From positions 384,001-448,000 of the forward strand of contig CAWKHF010000007.1 in NCBI GenBank assembly GCA_963849325.1: a DNA stretch of 64,000 bases. The letters run 5' to 3'. A program made the position numbers and the translations under genes. Source of the DNA: an uncultured Planctomycetota bacterium. Lineage in GTDB: Bacteria > Planctomycetota > Planctomycetia > Gemmatales > Gemmataceae. Below are positions 10,601-21,468 of the stretch, piece after piece. Each line of letters starts with the position of its first letter. Position 1 is the first letter of the stretch. A model generated the notes under the pieces. That model ran no database searches. It worked only from the letters and a program-made list of their open reading frames with translations, and was not told the DNA's origin.

Positions 10601-13600
10601 GCCTGCTGGGGACGCTGCCGGACGCCTCGCTGGAAGTCCTGGCCCACAACTGGTACGAGAAGGCTCCACCCGCCCCCGCGCTGCGCTCATGCGGTGGCGT
10701 TGGTGGCGCGCGACCGGCCGGAGTTGGTCGAACAGATCGACGTCGTCCTGAGCGGCCTGCGCGACGACCCCCGGCGCCCTTGCGCGCTCCGTCCCGCCTT
10801 CCGCGACCGCATCTTTTACGCCCCGGTGCCGCTGGGCCGAACCGGCCGCGTCGCCTTCGTCTTCCCCGGCTCGGGCAACGACTACCCCGGCATGGGCCGC
10901 GACCTCGCCGTCCACTGGCCGGAAGTCCTGCGCCGCCAGGATGCCGAGAACGACTATCTGCGGAGCCAGTACCTCCCCGATGTCTTCTGGGACGAGCGCG
11001 CCCGCGCTCCGCTGTCGGTGCGCCAGCGCATCTTCGGCCAGGTGACGCTCGGCAGCCTGGTGTGCGACGTGGTGCGCCGTTTCGGCGTCCGCGCCGATGC
11101 CGTGATCGGCTACAGCCTCGGCGAGTCGGCGGCTCTGTTCGCCCTGCGCGCCTGGACCGACCGCGACGCCATGCTGCGAGCGATGAACGCCTCGCCGCTG
11201 TTCGTGCAGCGACCTCGCCGGTCCCTGCGATGCGGCCCGCCAGGCATGGCGATTGCCGCCCGGCGCCGCCGGTGGACTGGGTGGCGGGCGTCGTGGATCG
11301 CGGGCCGGGAGCGGTGCGCAACGCCTGCGCGGGCCTGCGGCGGGCCTATCTGCTCATCGTCAACACGCCGCGCGAATGCGTCATCGGCGGCGAGCGCACT
11401 GCGGTCGCAGGCGCTCGTCGAGCGGCTCGGCTGCCACTTCCTGCCGTTGCCGGAGACGTCGACGGTGCATTGTCCGGTGGTCCGCGAGGTGGCCGAGGCG
11501 TACCGCGACCTGCATCGCCTGCCGACGGCGCCGCCGCCCGGCGTGCGCTTCTACAGCACGGCCCTGGCCCGCTCCTTCGAGCTGAACCCCGACAGCGCCG
11601 CCGAGGCGATCCTGGCCCAGGCGCTGGACACGGTCGATTTCCCCGCCGTCATCGAGGCCGCCTACCGCGATGGCGTCCGCGTCTTTCGTCGAGATGGGGC
11701 CGGGCGCGTCCTGCACGCGCATGATCGACGCCATCCTCGGCGACCGGCCGCACCGGCGCCGCTCGGCCTGTGTCGCCGGCGCGGATGGCGATCTCGCTCG
11801 TGCTGCGCCTGCTGGCGCAGCTGTGCCGCCGAGCGCGTGCCGGTGGATCTCTCTCCGCTGTACGGTCCCGAGACCGTCCGTCCGCGTCGCCCGTCCGTCC
11901 GCCGAGAGACGGCTGCTCCGCGTACCCGTCGGCGGTTCGCCGTTCGTCGTGCCGGCGGAACCGCTTCCACGAGAACACGCGTCTCCCGCCGAGCCGGTTC
12001 GGATTGTGCCTGTCCGGCAGGAGCCTCCTCCTGCCGAACCGAAGAATGGTCAACCGGCGAGGACTCCTCTCTGGCCCCCCACTGTCCCGGCCCAGGCACC
12101 AAGCTGGCCCCGCTGGTCACGCAAACCGTGGCCGTCCGGGAGGCAACCGGCGAGGCCCACGCCGCCTACCTGCGCCTGTCCGCCACGCTGCAACGCGGCC
12201 TGATGGACAATCTCCAGTTTCAGGCGCGGCTCGCCGATTCCATCCTGGCGAGCGGGGCGCGTAAGCCCCCTGTTAGAAGTTCAACAGGGGGCTTACGCCC
12301 TCCGCTCGCCGAGACGGACGCCCCCCGCTCACCGGCCCTGGACCGCGACCAGTGCCTGGAGTTCGCCGTCGGCTCCATCGGCCGCGTCCTCGGACCCGAC
12401 TTCGCCGCCATCGACAGCCATCCCACGCGCGTCCGCCTGCCGGATGAGCCGCTGATGCTGGTCGATCGCATCCTCACCATCGAGGGCGAGCCGCGGTCGC
12501 TGACCTCCGGCCGCGTCGTCACCGAACACGACATCCAGCCCGGCGCCTGGTATCTCGACGGCGGCCGCATCCCCACCTGCATCGCCATCGAGGCGGGCCA
12601 GGCCGACCTCTTCCTGTCCGGCTACCTCGGCATCGACTTCCAGACGCGCGGCCTGGCCGTCTATCGCCTGCTCGACGCCGCGGTGACGTTCCATCGCGGC
12701 CTGCCCCGGCCCGGCGAGGTCATCCGCTACGACATCCGCATCGAGCGTTTCTTCCGCCAGGGCGACACGTACCTGTTCCGGTTCCAGCTTCGACGGCAGC
12801 GTGGACGGCGAGCCGCTGTTGACGATGAACGAACGGCTGCGCCGGCTTCTTCACCGCGGACGAACTGGCCGCCGGCAAGGGCGTCGTGCAGACCGCCCTC
12901 GACACGCCGCCCGCGTCCCGGCATCCAGCCCGACGACGCCGCCGAACTGCCGCCCATCGGCGTCGAGTCCTACATGCGCCGAGCAGCTCGACGCCCTGCG
13001 CGGCGGCGATCCCGCCGGCTGCTTCGGGCCGCTCTTCGCCGGTCGCCGTCTGCCCGACGGCCTGCGCCTGCCCGGCGGCCGCATGAAACTGGTCGATCGC
13101 GTCTCGCACCTCGATCCCAAGGGCGGACGCTTCGGCATCGGCCATCATCCGCGCCGAGGCCGACATCGATCCGCGACGCCTGGTTCCTGACCTGTCATTT
13201 CGTGGACGACCAGGTCATGCCCGGCACGCTCATGTACGAGTGCTGTCTGCACACGCTGCGGATCTACCTGCTGCGGCTGGGCTGGATCGCCGAGGTGGAC
13301 GGCGTCGTCTGCGAGCCGGTGCCCGGCGTCGCCAGCGAGCTGAAGTGCCGCGGCCAGGTGACGGCCGACGACGCGCACCGTCACCTATGAGGTGATCCTC
13401 AAGGAACGCGGCTACCGGCCGGAACCGTATGCCATCGCCGATGCGCTGATGTACGCCGACGGCAAGCCGATCGTCGAGATCACCAACATGTCGCGTGCGT
13501 CTGACCGGGCTGACGCGCGAAATGCATCGCGGCGAACTGGACGAGCCGGGAGCGTGAACGACCGAAGGTACCTCCGGTCGCTCACGCTCCCGGCTCGTCC

Positions 13601-14675
13601 GCTCTCTTCGACCGTCGCCACATCCTCGCCTTCGCCGTCGGCAAGCCGTCGGAGGCGTTCGGCGAGCCGTACCGCGTCTTCGACGAAGGGCCGCTTCATC
13701 GCCCGCCTGCCGGGACCGCCGTTCTCGTTCCTCGACCGCATCACGCACATCGAGGCCGAGCCGTGCAAGATGGTTGCGGGCGGCGTCGTCGAGGCGGAAT
13801 ATGATGTGCCGCCGGACGCCTGGTATTTCGCGGCCGAGCGGCAGCCGGTCATGCCGTTCGCCGTGCTGCTGGAAGTCGCCCTGCAGTCGTGCGGCTGGCT
13901 GGCGGCCTACGTCGGCTCGGCGCTGACCAGCCCGGCCGATCTCGCCTTCCGCAACCTCGAAGGCGAGGCCGAGCTGCTCGAAGCCGGTGCCGGCCGACGC
14001 CGGCACGCTGACGACGCGCGTCGCATCTGCTGCGCGTGGCGTCGCTCGGGCGGCATGATTATCCAGGGCTACGACTTCGCCGTGCGCGGCCGGCTCGCGG
14101 ATGGTCTACGAGGGCAAACGACGTTCGGCTTCTTCTCGCGCGAGGCCCTGGCCCAGCAGGTCGGCATCCGCGACGCCGAGCCCTACGAGCAGAGCCGGGA
14201 CGGCCGAGAGTTTCGACTACCCGCGCCAGGCGCCCTTCCCCGACGATCGCCTGCGGATGATCGACCGGATCGAGCGCTTCGTGCCGGACGGCGGGCCGCA
14301 CGGGCTGGGCTTCATCGAGGGCCGCAAGGTCGTGGATCCGGAGGAGTGGTTCTTCAAGGCCCACTTTTATCAGGACCCGGTGTGGCCGGGCTCGCTCGGC
14401 CTGGAGGCGTTCTTGCAGTTGCTGAAGGTCGCGGCCGTGGAGTACTGGCCGGATGGCTCCGACGTTCGCTTCCGGGCCATGCCCGGCCGCAGCCGCACCA
14501 CTGGCGCTACCGCGGCCAGGTGGTCCCGACCAGCAAAGAAGTGACGGTGCAGGCCGTCGTCACGTCGCGCGACGAGGCGGCCCGGACGCTGACGGCCGAC
14601 GGTCTACTACTGGTGGATGGCCTGCTCATCTACCAGATGAACGATTTCACCCTGCGGATGGACAGACGGACATGA
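7685..14675 (+). CDS. pfaBC: PfaBC-like PUFA synthase subunit (KS-CLF-AT plus FabA-type DH and pseudo-DH domains); many frameshifts
   Basis: [29 protein letters not shown] lacking catalytic Cys (ISSEESSGL); AT FPGSGND/GYSLGE/STVHC; DH motifs [52 protein letters not shown]; stop overlaps oleA start (ATGA). Confidence 0.87.
9080..9178. repeat. Perfect 46-bp inverted repeat (nested REP dimer) inside pfaBC KS-CLF linker
   Basis: CTCCCCTCTCCCCCGCTTCGGGGGAGAGGGGTAGGGGGTGAGGGGG, 7-nt loop, exact reverse complement; each arm contains its own hairpin. Confidence 0.95.
12247..12310. repeat. REP-like palindrome inside pfaBC (AT-DH linker)
   Basis: GGCGAGCGGGGCGCGTAAGCCCCCTGTT / AACAGGGGGCTTACGCCCTCCGCTCGCC; in frame [21 protein letters not shown]. 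Confidence 0.88.
13539..13600. repeat. REP-like palindrome inside pfaBC (between DH modules)
   Basis: GGACGAGCCGGGAGCGTGAACGACCGAAGG / CCTCCGGTCGCTCACGCTCCCGGCTCGTCC. Confidence 0.88.
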
Positions 14676-15716
14676 AGTATTCGCGTGTCTATCATCGATG
14701 CCATCGGCTACGAACTGCCGCCCGTGGTGGTGACCTCGCAGGAGCTGGAAGCGCGCCTGCGGCCGGTCTACCAGGCGCTGCAGCTGCCGGAAGGGCAGCT
14801 CGAAGCGCTGACCGGCATCGTCGAGCGGCGCTGGTGGGAGCCGGGCTATCCGCCGTCGCAGCGGCGCGGTGCAGGCCGCCCGCAAGGCGCTGGCGCTGTC
14901 GCAGCGTCCGGCCGCAAGACGTGGAAGTGCTGATCTACGCCGCCGTCTGCCGCGAGGAGTTCGAGCCGGCCACCGCCTGCCGCGTCGCCGCCGAGCTGGG
15001 CGTCAACCCCGAGACGGTCTACGACCTCAGCAACGCCTGCCTCGGCGTCCTCAACGGCATCGTCGACATCGCCAACCGCATCGAGCTGGGCCAGGTCCGC
15101 GCCGGCCTGGTCGTCTCCTGCGAGACGGCCCGCGAGATCAACGACGCGATGATCGAGACCATGCTGCAAGCGCGGCAGCATGGAGATGTTCAAGAAATCG
15201 CTGGCCACGCTGACCGGCGGCTCCGGCGCCGTGGCCGTGCTGGTCACCGACGGCTCGTTCTGCCCGGAGCCGCGCCGCCGCCTGCTGGGCGGCACCACGC
15301 AGGCCGCGCCGCAGCATCACGGCCTTTGCCGATGGGGCATTGGAGAGGGTGCTCAGCGCCGCCCGGCAGTTCATGTCCACCGATTCGGTCGCCGTCCTCA
15401 CGTACGGCGTCGAACTGGGCCTGCGGACCTGGCAAGCCTTCCTCGGCCGGCTCGGCTGGGCGGCCGACATGGTGGACAAGGTCATCTGCCACCAGGTCGG
15501 CGCCAGCCACCGCGATTCCATCCTCAAGACGCTGGGCATCGCGGCAGAGAAGGAGTACTCGACCTATCGCCTTCCTCGGCAACATGGGCACGGTGTCGCT
15601 GCCGCTTGACGGCGGCCCTGGCCGAGGAGCGCGAGTTTCTGCGGCCGGGCGACCGCGTCGGGTTCCTCGGCATCGGCAGCGGACTGAACTGTCTGATGCT
15701 GGGCGTCGATTGGTGA
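14672..15716 (+). CDS. oleA: OleA, thiolase/FabH-fold head-to-head acyl condensing enzyme; frameshifted
   Basis: LEALTGIVERRWW, EFEPATA (catalytic Glu), DLSNACLG (Cys), ICHQVG (His), GNMGTVSLP (Asn), GIGSGLNC; followed by oleBCD. Confidence 0.88.
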
Positions 15717-15753
15717 TTCGTCTCTATCGCTTGCGGCTTCTGCCAAAATACTC

Positions 15754-16685
15754 GTGACTTCTACTTGATCTCCCTGCCGTCCGCTCCCCCGTCGAGCCGA
15801 CGCGCTCTATCCATTCCTCGGCCACTACCTCGATCTCGGCGGCCTGCGCTACCACTATCTCGATGAAGGGCACGGCGAGCCGCTCGTGATGCTGCACGGC
15901 AATCCGACCTGGTCGTTCTACTATCGCAATCTCGTCCTCGGCCTGCGCGACGCCTATCGCGCCATCGTCCCCGACCACATCGGCTGCGGCCTGTCCGACA
16001 AGCCCGACGATTCGCGCTACGAATACTCGCTGCGGCAGCGCGTCGACGACCTGGAGGCGCTGCTGGATCACCTGGCAACTGCGCGACAATCTCACGCTGG
16101 TGCTGCACGACTGGGGCGGCATGATCGGCATGGCCTTCGCGCATCGCCATCCGGAGCGGATCAAGCGACTGGTGATCCTCAACACGGCCGCGTTCCCGAT
16201 GCCGCCGGGCAAACGACTGCCGTGGTCGCTGTGGTGGTGCCGCACTCCGCCGCTCGGCCCGCTGCTCGTTCGCGGCCTCAACGCCTTCAGCCGCGGGGCC
16301 GTGCGCTACTGCGTCCGCAAGCCGCTGTCGCCGGAGGTGCGCGACGGCTATCTCGCTCCTTACGATTCCTGGCGCAATCGCATCGCCGTGCTGCGCTTCG
16401 TGCAGGACATTCCGCTGGCGCCGGGCGACCGCGGCTTCGACCTGGTCAGCGAGGTCGCAGGACGGCCTGCATCGCTTCGCTCGACGTGCCGATGCTGATC
16501 TGCTGGGGCGAGCACGATTTCGTCTTCGATCACCACTTCCTCGACGAATGGCGGCGGCGTTTCCCGCGGCCGAGGTTCATCGCTTTCCCGACGCCGGCCA
16601 TTACGTCCTGGAAGACGCCGGCGAGGAGATCCTGCCGCTGGTCCGCGATTTCCTGCGGCGTCATCCGCTGTCGGCGGAGGGATGA
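15754..16685 (+). CDS. oleB: OleB, haloalkane dehalogenase-like alpha/beta hydrolase (beta-lactone decarboxylase); frameshifted, start approximate
   Basis: HYLDEG, MLHGNPTWSFYYR, LHDWGGMIG, WGEHDFVFD, AGHYVLEDA. Confidence 0.85.
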
Positions 16686-16688
16686 ACG

Positions 16689-18398
16689 ATGGACATCGTC
16701 GCTGCGGACGCCGCGCCATCCCCATCCGTCCCGTGTGATACCGTCAACATCGCCGCGCCGCTGGCGGCTCTGGCGGAAGCGCGGCCGCAGACGCTCGCCA
16801 TCGTCCAGCCGTTCGGCCGCGACCGCCTCGGCCGCATCCGCTATCGCCATTACACCTACCGCGAGTTGAACGCGGAGAGCGACGCCCTGGCCGCGGCTTC
16901 GAGCAGATCGGCATCCGCCGCGGCGTGCGCACCGTGCTGATGGTGACGCCGAGCCTGGAATTCTTCGCGCTGACGTTCGCGCTGTTCAAGCTCGGCGCCG
17001 TCGTCGTGCTCATCGATCCCGGCATGGGCACGAAAAACCTCGGCGTCTGTCTGGCGGAGGCCGACCCGGAAGCGTTCATCGGCATCCCGAAGGCGCACGT
17101 GGCCCGCCTTCTGCTTCGGCTGGGGCCGCGGCCGTATCCGCATCTGCGTCACGGTCGGCCGGCGCCTCGGCTGGGGCGGCTATACGCTGGAGCAGGTGCG
17201 CCGGCTCGGCGGTGACAGTCCCATGTCAGTCCTCGCCGACACACGCGCCGATGAGACGGCGGCGATCCTGTTCACCAGCGGCAGCACCGGCGTCGCCAAG
17301 GGCGTCGTCTACACGCACGGCATCTTCGCCGCCCAGGTCGAGATGCTGCGCCGCCTCTACGGCATCGAACCCGGCGAGGTCGATCTGCCGACGTTTCCGC
17401 TGTTCGGCCTGTTCGGCCCCGCCCTGGGCATGACATCGATCATCCCCGAGATGGACCCGACCCGGCCCGCTCACGTCGATCCGCGCGAAGATCCTCGACG
17501 CCATCCGCTTCTTCGGCGTGACCAACCTGTTCGGCTCGCCCGCCCTCATCCAGCGCGTCGGCCGCTACGCCGCCGGACACGGCGTCAAACTGCCGACGCT
17601 TGCGGCGCGTCATCTCCGCCGGCGCTCCGGTGCCGTGGCAGGCCATCCAGCGCTTCGCCGCGCTGCTCGCCGACGGCGTGCAGGTCCACACGCCTTACGG
17701 GGCCACCGAAGCGCTGCCCGTCTGCTCCATCGGCAGCGACGAGATCCTGCGCGAGACACGGCTGCGCACCGCCGAGGGGGCCGGCGTCTGCGTCGGCCGG
17801 CCGGTCGAGGGCATGACCGTCAAGATCATCCGCATCAGCGATGAGCCGATCGCCGACCTGGAGCGACGACCTGGAGCTGCCACCCGGCGAGATCGGCGAG
17901 ATCGTCGTGCAAGGGCCGGTCGTTACGGCTTCGTACTGGAATCGCCCCGAGTCGACCGCCCTGGCGAAGATCGCCGATCCCGTCCACGGCGGCTTCTATC
18001 ATCGCATGGGCGATGTTGGTTACCGTGGATGGCGCCGGCCGCGTCTGGTTCTGCGGCCGCAAGTCGCAGCGCGTCGTCACGGCGGACGGAACGCTGTTCA
18101 CCATCCCCTGCGAGGGCGTCTTCAACGCTCATCCCGCCGTCTACCGCACGGCCCTCGTCGGCGTCCCGCGCAACGGCGTGACGGAGCCGGTGCTGTGCGT
18201 CGAATGCGACAAGGAGACGGCTTGGCCGAATCTGGAGCGAACTGCGCCGCGAACTTGCTGGCCCTGGGTACACGTCATCCGCACACCGCAGCCATCCAGA
18301 CGATCCTCTTCCATCCGGGCTTCCCGGTGGACATTCGGCACAACGCCAAGATTTTCCGCGAGAAGCTGGCCGTATGGGCGGCGAGGCAGTTGTCATGA
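16689..18398 (+). CDS. oleC: OleC, AMP-forming ligase (beta-lactone synthetase); frameshifted
   Basis: [45 protein letters not shown]-terminal [17 protein letters not shown] typical of OleC. Confidence 0.88.
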
Positions 18399-19387
18399 AC
18401 GCGCTGGTCACGGGCGGCGGCGGCTTCCTGGGCAGCGCCATCGTCCGCCGACTGTGCGAACGCGGCGATCGCGTCCACAGCCTCTCCCGTGGCCGCTATC
18501 CCGAACTGGACGCTCTCGGCGTGACGCAGCACCAGGGCGACGTGGCCGACCCTGTCGCGGTCGCGCGGGCGGCGGTCGGCTGCGACATTGTCTTTCACGT
18601 CGCGGCCAAGGCCGGCGTCGGCGGCCGCTACCGCGACTACCATCGCGCCAACGTCATCGGCACCGCGAACGTCCTGACAGCCTGTCGTCACCACGGCATC
18701 GCGCGCCTGGTTTACACCAGTTCGCCGAGCGTTGTCTTCGATGGCCGCGACATGGCCGGCGTCGATGAGTCCGTGCCCTATCCGTCGCATTACGAGGCCG
18801 CTTATCCGCAGACGAAGGCCATCGCCGAAGGGATGGTGCTGCGGGCCAACGGCGCCGCGCTGGCGACGGTGTCGCTGCGGCCGCATCTCATCTGGGGTCC
18901 GGGCGACAACCATCTGATTCCGCGCCTCCTCGCTCGTGCCCGCGCCGGCCGTCTCCGCCGCATTGGCGACGAATCGAAGCTCATTGACAGTGTCTACATC
19001 GACAACGCCGCCGACGCCCACGTCCTTGCGGCCGACCGCCTCGTCCCCGGCTCGCCGATCGCCGGCAAGGCGTACTTCATCACGCAGGGCGAGCCGGTGC
19101 CGCTGTGGGATCTGGTCAATCGCATCCTCCACGCCGCTGGCCTCGCCCCCGTCATGCGCTCCATCCCGACCCCGCTGGCCTACGCGGCGGGGGGGCTGCT
19201 GGAGACCATCTATGCCCTGCTCCGCCTCGATGGCGAACCGCCGCTGACGCGCTTCGTCGTCCGCGAGCTGACGACGGCCCACTGGTTCGACATCCGCGCC
19301 GCTCGCCGCGATCTGGGTTACGAGCCACAGGTTTCTCTCGACGAAGGGCTGCGCCGCCTGGCGGCTTCGTTCCGGCGCGAGCGTTGA
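18395..19387 (+). CDS. oleD: OleD, extended SDR (2-alkyl-3-oxoalkanoate reductase, 3-beta-HSD-like)
   Basis: Intact ORF; VTGGGGFLG, YTSSPSVVF, YPQTK, LRPHLIWGPGD; ATGA overlap with oleC. Confidence 0.9.
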   Translation: MNALVTGGGGFLGSAIVRRLCERGDRVHSLSRGRYPELDALGVTQHQGDVADPVAVARAAVGCDIVFHVAAKAGVGGRYRDYHRANVIGTANVLTACRHHGIARLVYTSSPSVVFDGRDMAGVDESVPYPSHYEAAYPQTKAIAEGMVLRANGAALATVSLRPHLIWGPGDNHLIPRLLARARAGRLRRIGDESKLIDSVYIDNAADAHVLAADRLVPGSPIAGKAYFITQGEPVPLWDLVNRILHAAGLAPVMRSIPTPLAYAAGGLLETIYALLRLDGEPPLTRFVVRELTTAHWFDIRAARRDLGYEPQVSLDEGLRRLAASFRRER

Positions 19388-19412
19388 TTCGGCGACGGAC
19401 AGCGCGTATGCT
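19384..19412 (+). promoter_or_regulatory. Putative sigma70 promoter for the epimerase gene
   Basis: TTGATT-N17-TATGCT, 37 nt before GTG 19450. Confidence 0.5.
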
Positions 19413-19449
19413 GCCTCCTGGTCCCTCTCCTCGCGCGGAAGGATCGATC

Positions 19450-20334
19450 GTGAAGACTGCCTTGCACTCCGTCAGTTACGCCGGCGTCTGGCCGGGGCAG
19501 ACTCGTTTGTCTCTCGACGCTTTTCTGCACAAGGCCCGCCAACTCGGCTTCGATGCCGTCATGCTCATGGCCAAGCGGCCGCACCTGTCGGTCCTCGATT
19601 ACGACGCCGCCGCTCGCCGTCGTCTCCGCGACCGCCTGTCGGAGTTGAACCTCACCGTCGCCTGTTTGGCCGGTTACACGGATTTCTGCCTGGGCGCCGA
19701 CCGCCCGGACATCCCCTCCCGCGAAATGCAGATACTTTATGTTCGTGAATTGTGCCGACTGGCGCACGACATCGGCTGTGGCCTGGTGCGCGTCTTCACC
19801 GGCTTCGAGCAGAACGGCACCTCGCTGGAACAGCAATGGGCCTGGTGTGTGGACGGTCTGCGCGAGTGCGCCCGCCTTGCCGCTCCGTTGGACGTGGTCA
19901 TCGGTGTGCAGAATCATCATGACGTTGCCGTCCACTGGGAGAGTTTGCTCGACCTGCTGGCGGACATCAACGAACCCAACTGCAAGGCGATGTTCGACGC
20001 CTGGGCGCCGGCCCTGCACGGCTCGGACCCGGCCGCCGCCGTCAAGGCGTTCGCTTCCGTGCTGGCGCACACGACCGTCGCCGACTACGTGCGCCGCCCG
20101 CGCTTCCGCTATCAGCCGGCGCTGGTCAACTATGCCCGCGAGGCCGACGCCATCCGCGCCGTGCCGATGGGCGAGGGCTTCATCGATTACCGCGGCTTCT
20201 TCCGCGCGCTGCGGGAAATCGGCTATCCGGGGTACGTCGCTTACGAGATGTGCTCGCCGCTGCGCGGCGGCGGCGGCGAAGAGAACCTCGACCGTTGCGC
20301 CCGACAGTTTCTGCGTTACGTGGCTGAACTCTAA
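19450..20334 (+). CDS. Sugar phosphate isomerase/epimerase (xylose isomerase-like TIM barrel)
   Basis: GFDAVML, LVRVFTG, IGVQNHHD, MFDAW, VPMGEGFIDY, GYVAYEMC. Confidence 0.8.
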   Translation: MKTALHSVSYAGVWPGQTRLSLDAFLHKARQLGFDAVMLMAKRPHLSVLDYDAAARRRLRDRLSELNLTVACLAGYTDFCLGADRPDIPSREMQILYVRELCRLAHDIGCGLVRVFTGFEQNGTSLEQQWAWCVDGLRECARLAAPLDVVIGVQNHHDVAVHWESLLDLLADINEPNCKAMFDAWAPALHGSDPAAAVKAFASVLAHTTVADYVRRPRFRYQPALVNYAREADAIRAVPMGEGFIDYRGFFRALREIGYPGYVAYEMCSPLRGGGGEENLDRCARQFLRYVAEL

Positions 20335-20373
20335 ATAGCTCCACGTAACGGAGGAAGCATCGGTACGCGGCTG

Positions 20374-20382
20374 TGGTACAAT
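20374..20382 (+). promoter_or_regulatory. Extended -10 element (TGgTACAAT) 7 nt upstream of ATG 20390; probable leaderless promoter
   Basis: TGGTACAAT-cgaccgt-ATG, no Shine-Dalgarno between. Confidence 0.5.
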
Positions 20383-20389
20383 CGACCGT

Positions 20390-20689
20390 ATGGCAACGCA
20401 GCTGCTCGATGTCGATCCCCGGGCGCTCCATGTACCACCCTCTCGGCGAACGGGCGCTGACCTGCTCAAACTGCACCGGCAGATCGCGCTGTTCGGATCG
20501 TCAACGACAGGTATGCCGGCGCCGTGGGTGTACCGAGGTTCGGACGGGGAGTTGCAGCTTTACAACGGCGTGACTCGGGCAACGCGGATCGCCAAGCTGA
20601 CGCCCGGCACATCCATCCGGGTCGAGGTGGTCGGCGACCTCGCCGCCCCGGTCGGGCACTTGCCGACGATTGGAGAGCTACTGCCATGA
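20390..20689 (+). CDS. Small hypothetical protein, ParB/Srx-like N-terminal fold (99 aa)
   Basis: Intact ORF; MPAPWVYRGSDGELQLYNGVTR resembles the ParB P-x-x-V...DG-x-x-R motif. Confidence 0.6.
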   Translation: MATQLLDVDPRALHVPPSRRTGADLLKLHRQIALFGSSTTGMPAPWVYRGSDGELQLYNGVTRATRIAKLTPGTSIRVEVVGDLAAPVGHLPTIGELLP

Positions 20690-20901
20690 TTCCGGCACAG
20701 CGTCAAGATATTCTGCGATTGCTGGAGCGACTGAGCGAGCTGACCCCCGAGGTGCGCTTCGGGCAGCTGATCGCCAACCTGTCTTACTTGGCCGTCGGGC
20801 CGACGAACGAGGCCATCTGGGACATGGAGGACGAGCAGCTGGTAGCGGCCATCCGCAAGCACATCACGGACCTGTCGGATCGAGCCGTGAACGTCGTTTG
20901 A
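20686..20901 (+). CDS. Small helical hypothetical protein (71 aa), DUF1040/YihD-like
   Basis: ATGA overlap with previous ORF, GGAG RBS; RQDILRLLERL...PEVRFGQLIANL...WDMEDEQL. Confidence 0.6.
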   Translation: MIPAQRQDILRLLERLSELTPEVRFGQLIANLSYLAVGPTNEAIWDMEDEQLVAAIRKHITDLSDRAVNVV

Positions 20902-20944
20902 TCGTGCTGGAAGGCAAGTCATTCGGCGAAGAAGGGAGGGTGCG

Positions 20945-21439
20945 TTGGATTATCGAGCACTCGCATGGTCTGCCCTGACAGGAGTGTTCGCCTGGTTCGT
21001 CCTCGCTTTATTCGAGCGCTGGCGGCTTCGCCGGTCGGTCACTCGTCTCATCGCCCGAATTCGGCGTGATGGGGAACACGGAGTGAGTGACCGACCTCGA
21101 TTGATGCCTGAAAGCCGGTATGTTGTGCGCTTTTCCGAGGCCGACGTCTCCTGTGCGAATCCGGACGGAACTATCGAAAGCGTGGAATGGAACGATTTAC
21201 AGCGGATCGAGATCGTGACGACCCTTGACGGCCCGTTTCGGCCCGATTTCTTCTGGGTGTTGCATGGTTCCAGGGCAGGCTGCGTAGTTCCCGGAGGCGC
21301 TACCGGAGAAATGGAACTGCTGGAACGGCTCCAGCAATTACCTGGTTTTCGGCACGAAGCGGTGATCGAAGCCGGGCCATCGAGCGAGAATCGGCGGTTT
21401 ATTTGCTGGGAAAAGATGGACGACGCCGAACTCCCCTAA
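20945..21439 (+). CDS. Hypothetical protein with N-terminal transmembrane helix
   Basis: GGGAGG RBS; hydrophobic LAWSALTGVFAWFVLALF; lower GC than flanks. Confidence 0.6.
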   Translation: MDYRALAWSALTGVFAWFVLALFERWRLRRSVTRLIARIRRDGEHGVSDRPRLMPESRYVVRFSEADVSCANPDGTIESVEWNDLQRIEIVTTLDGPFRPDFFWVLHGSRAGCVVPGGATGEMELLERLQQLPGFRHEAVIEAGPSSENRRFICWEKMDDAELP

Positions 21440-21468
21440 GGCTTTTCGGTGTCAAGTAACAATTTTTT

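Noticed and set aside
1315-18398. Programmed ribosomal frameshifting or true pseudogenes in pfa/ole
   Set aside because: Indels are scattered over unrelated genes with no consistent slippery sites; sequencing error is more parsimonious, though not proven
19450-20334. Epimerase as part of the pfa-ole operon
   Set aside because: It has its own plausible sigma70 promoter and no known role in olefin synthesis
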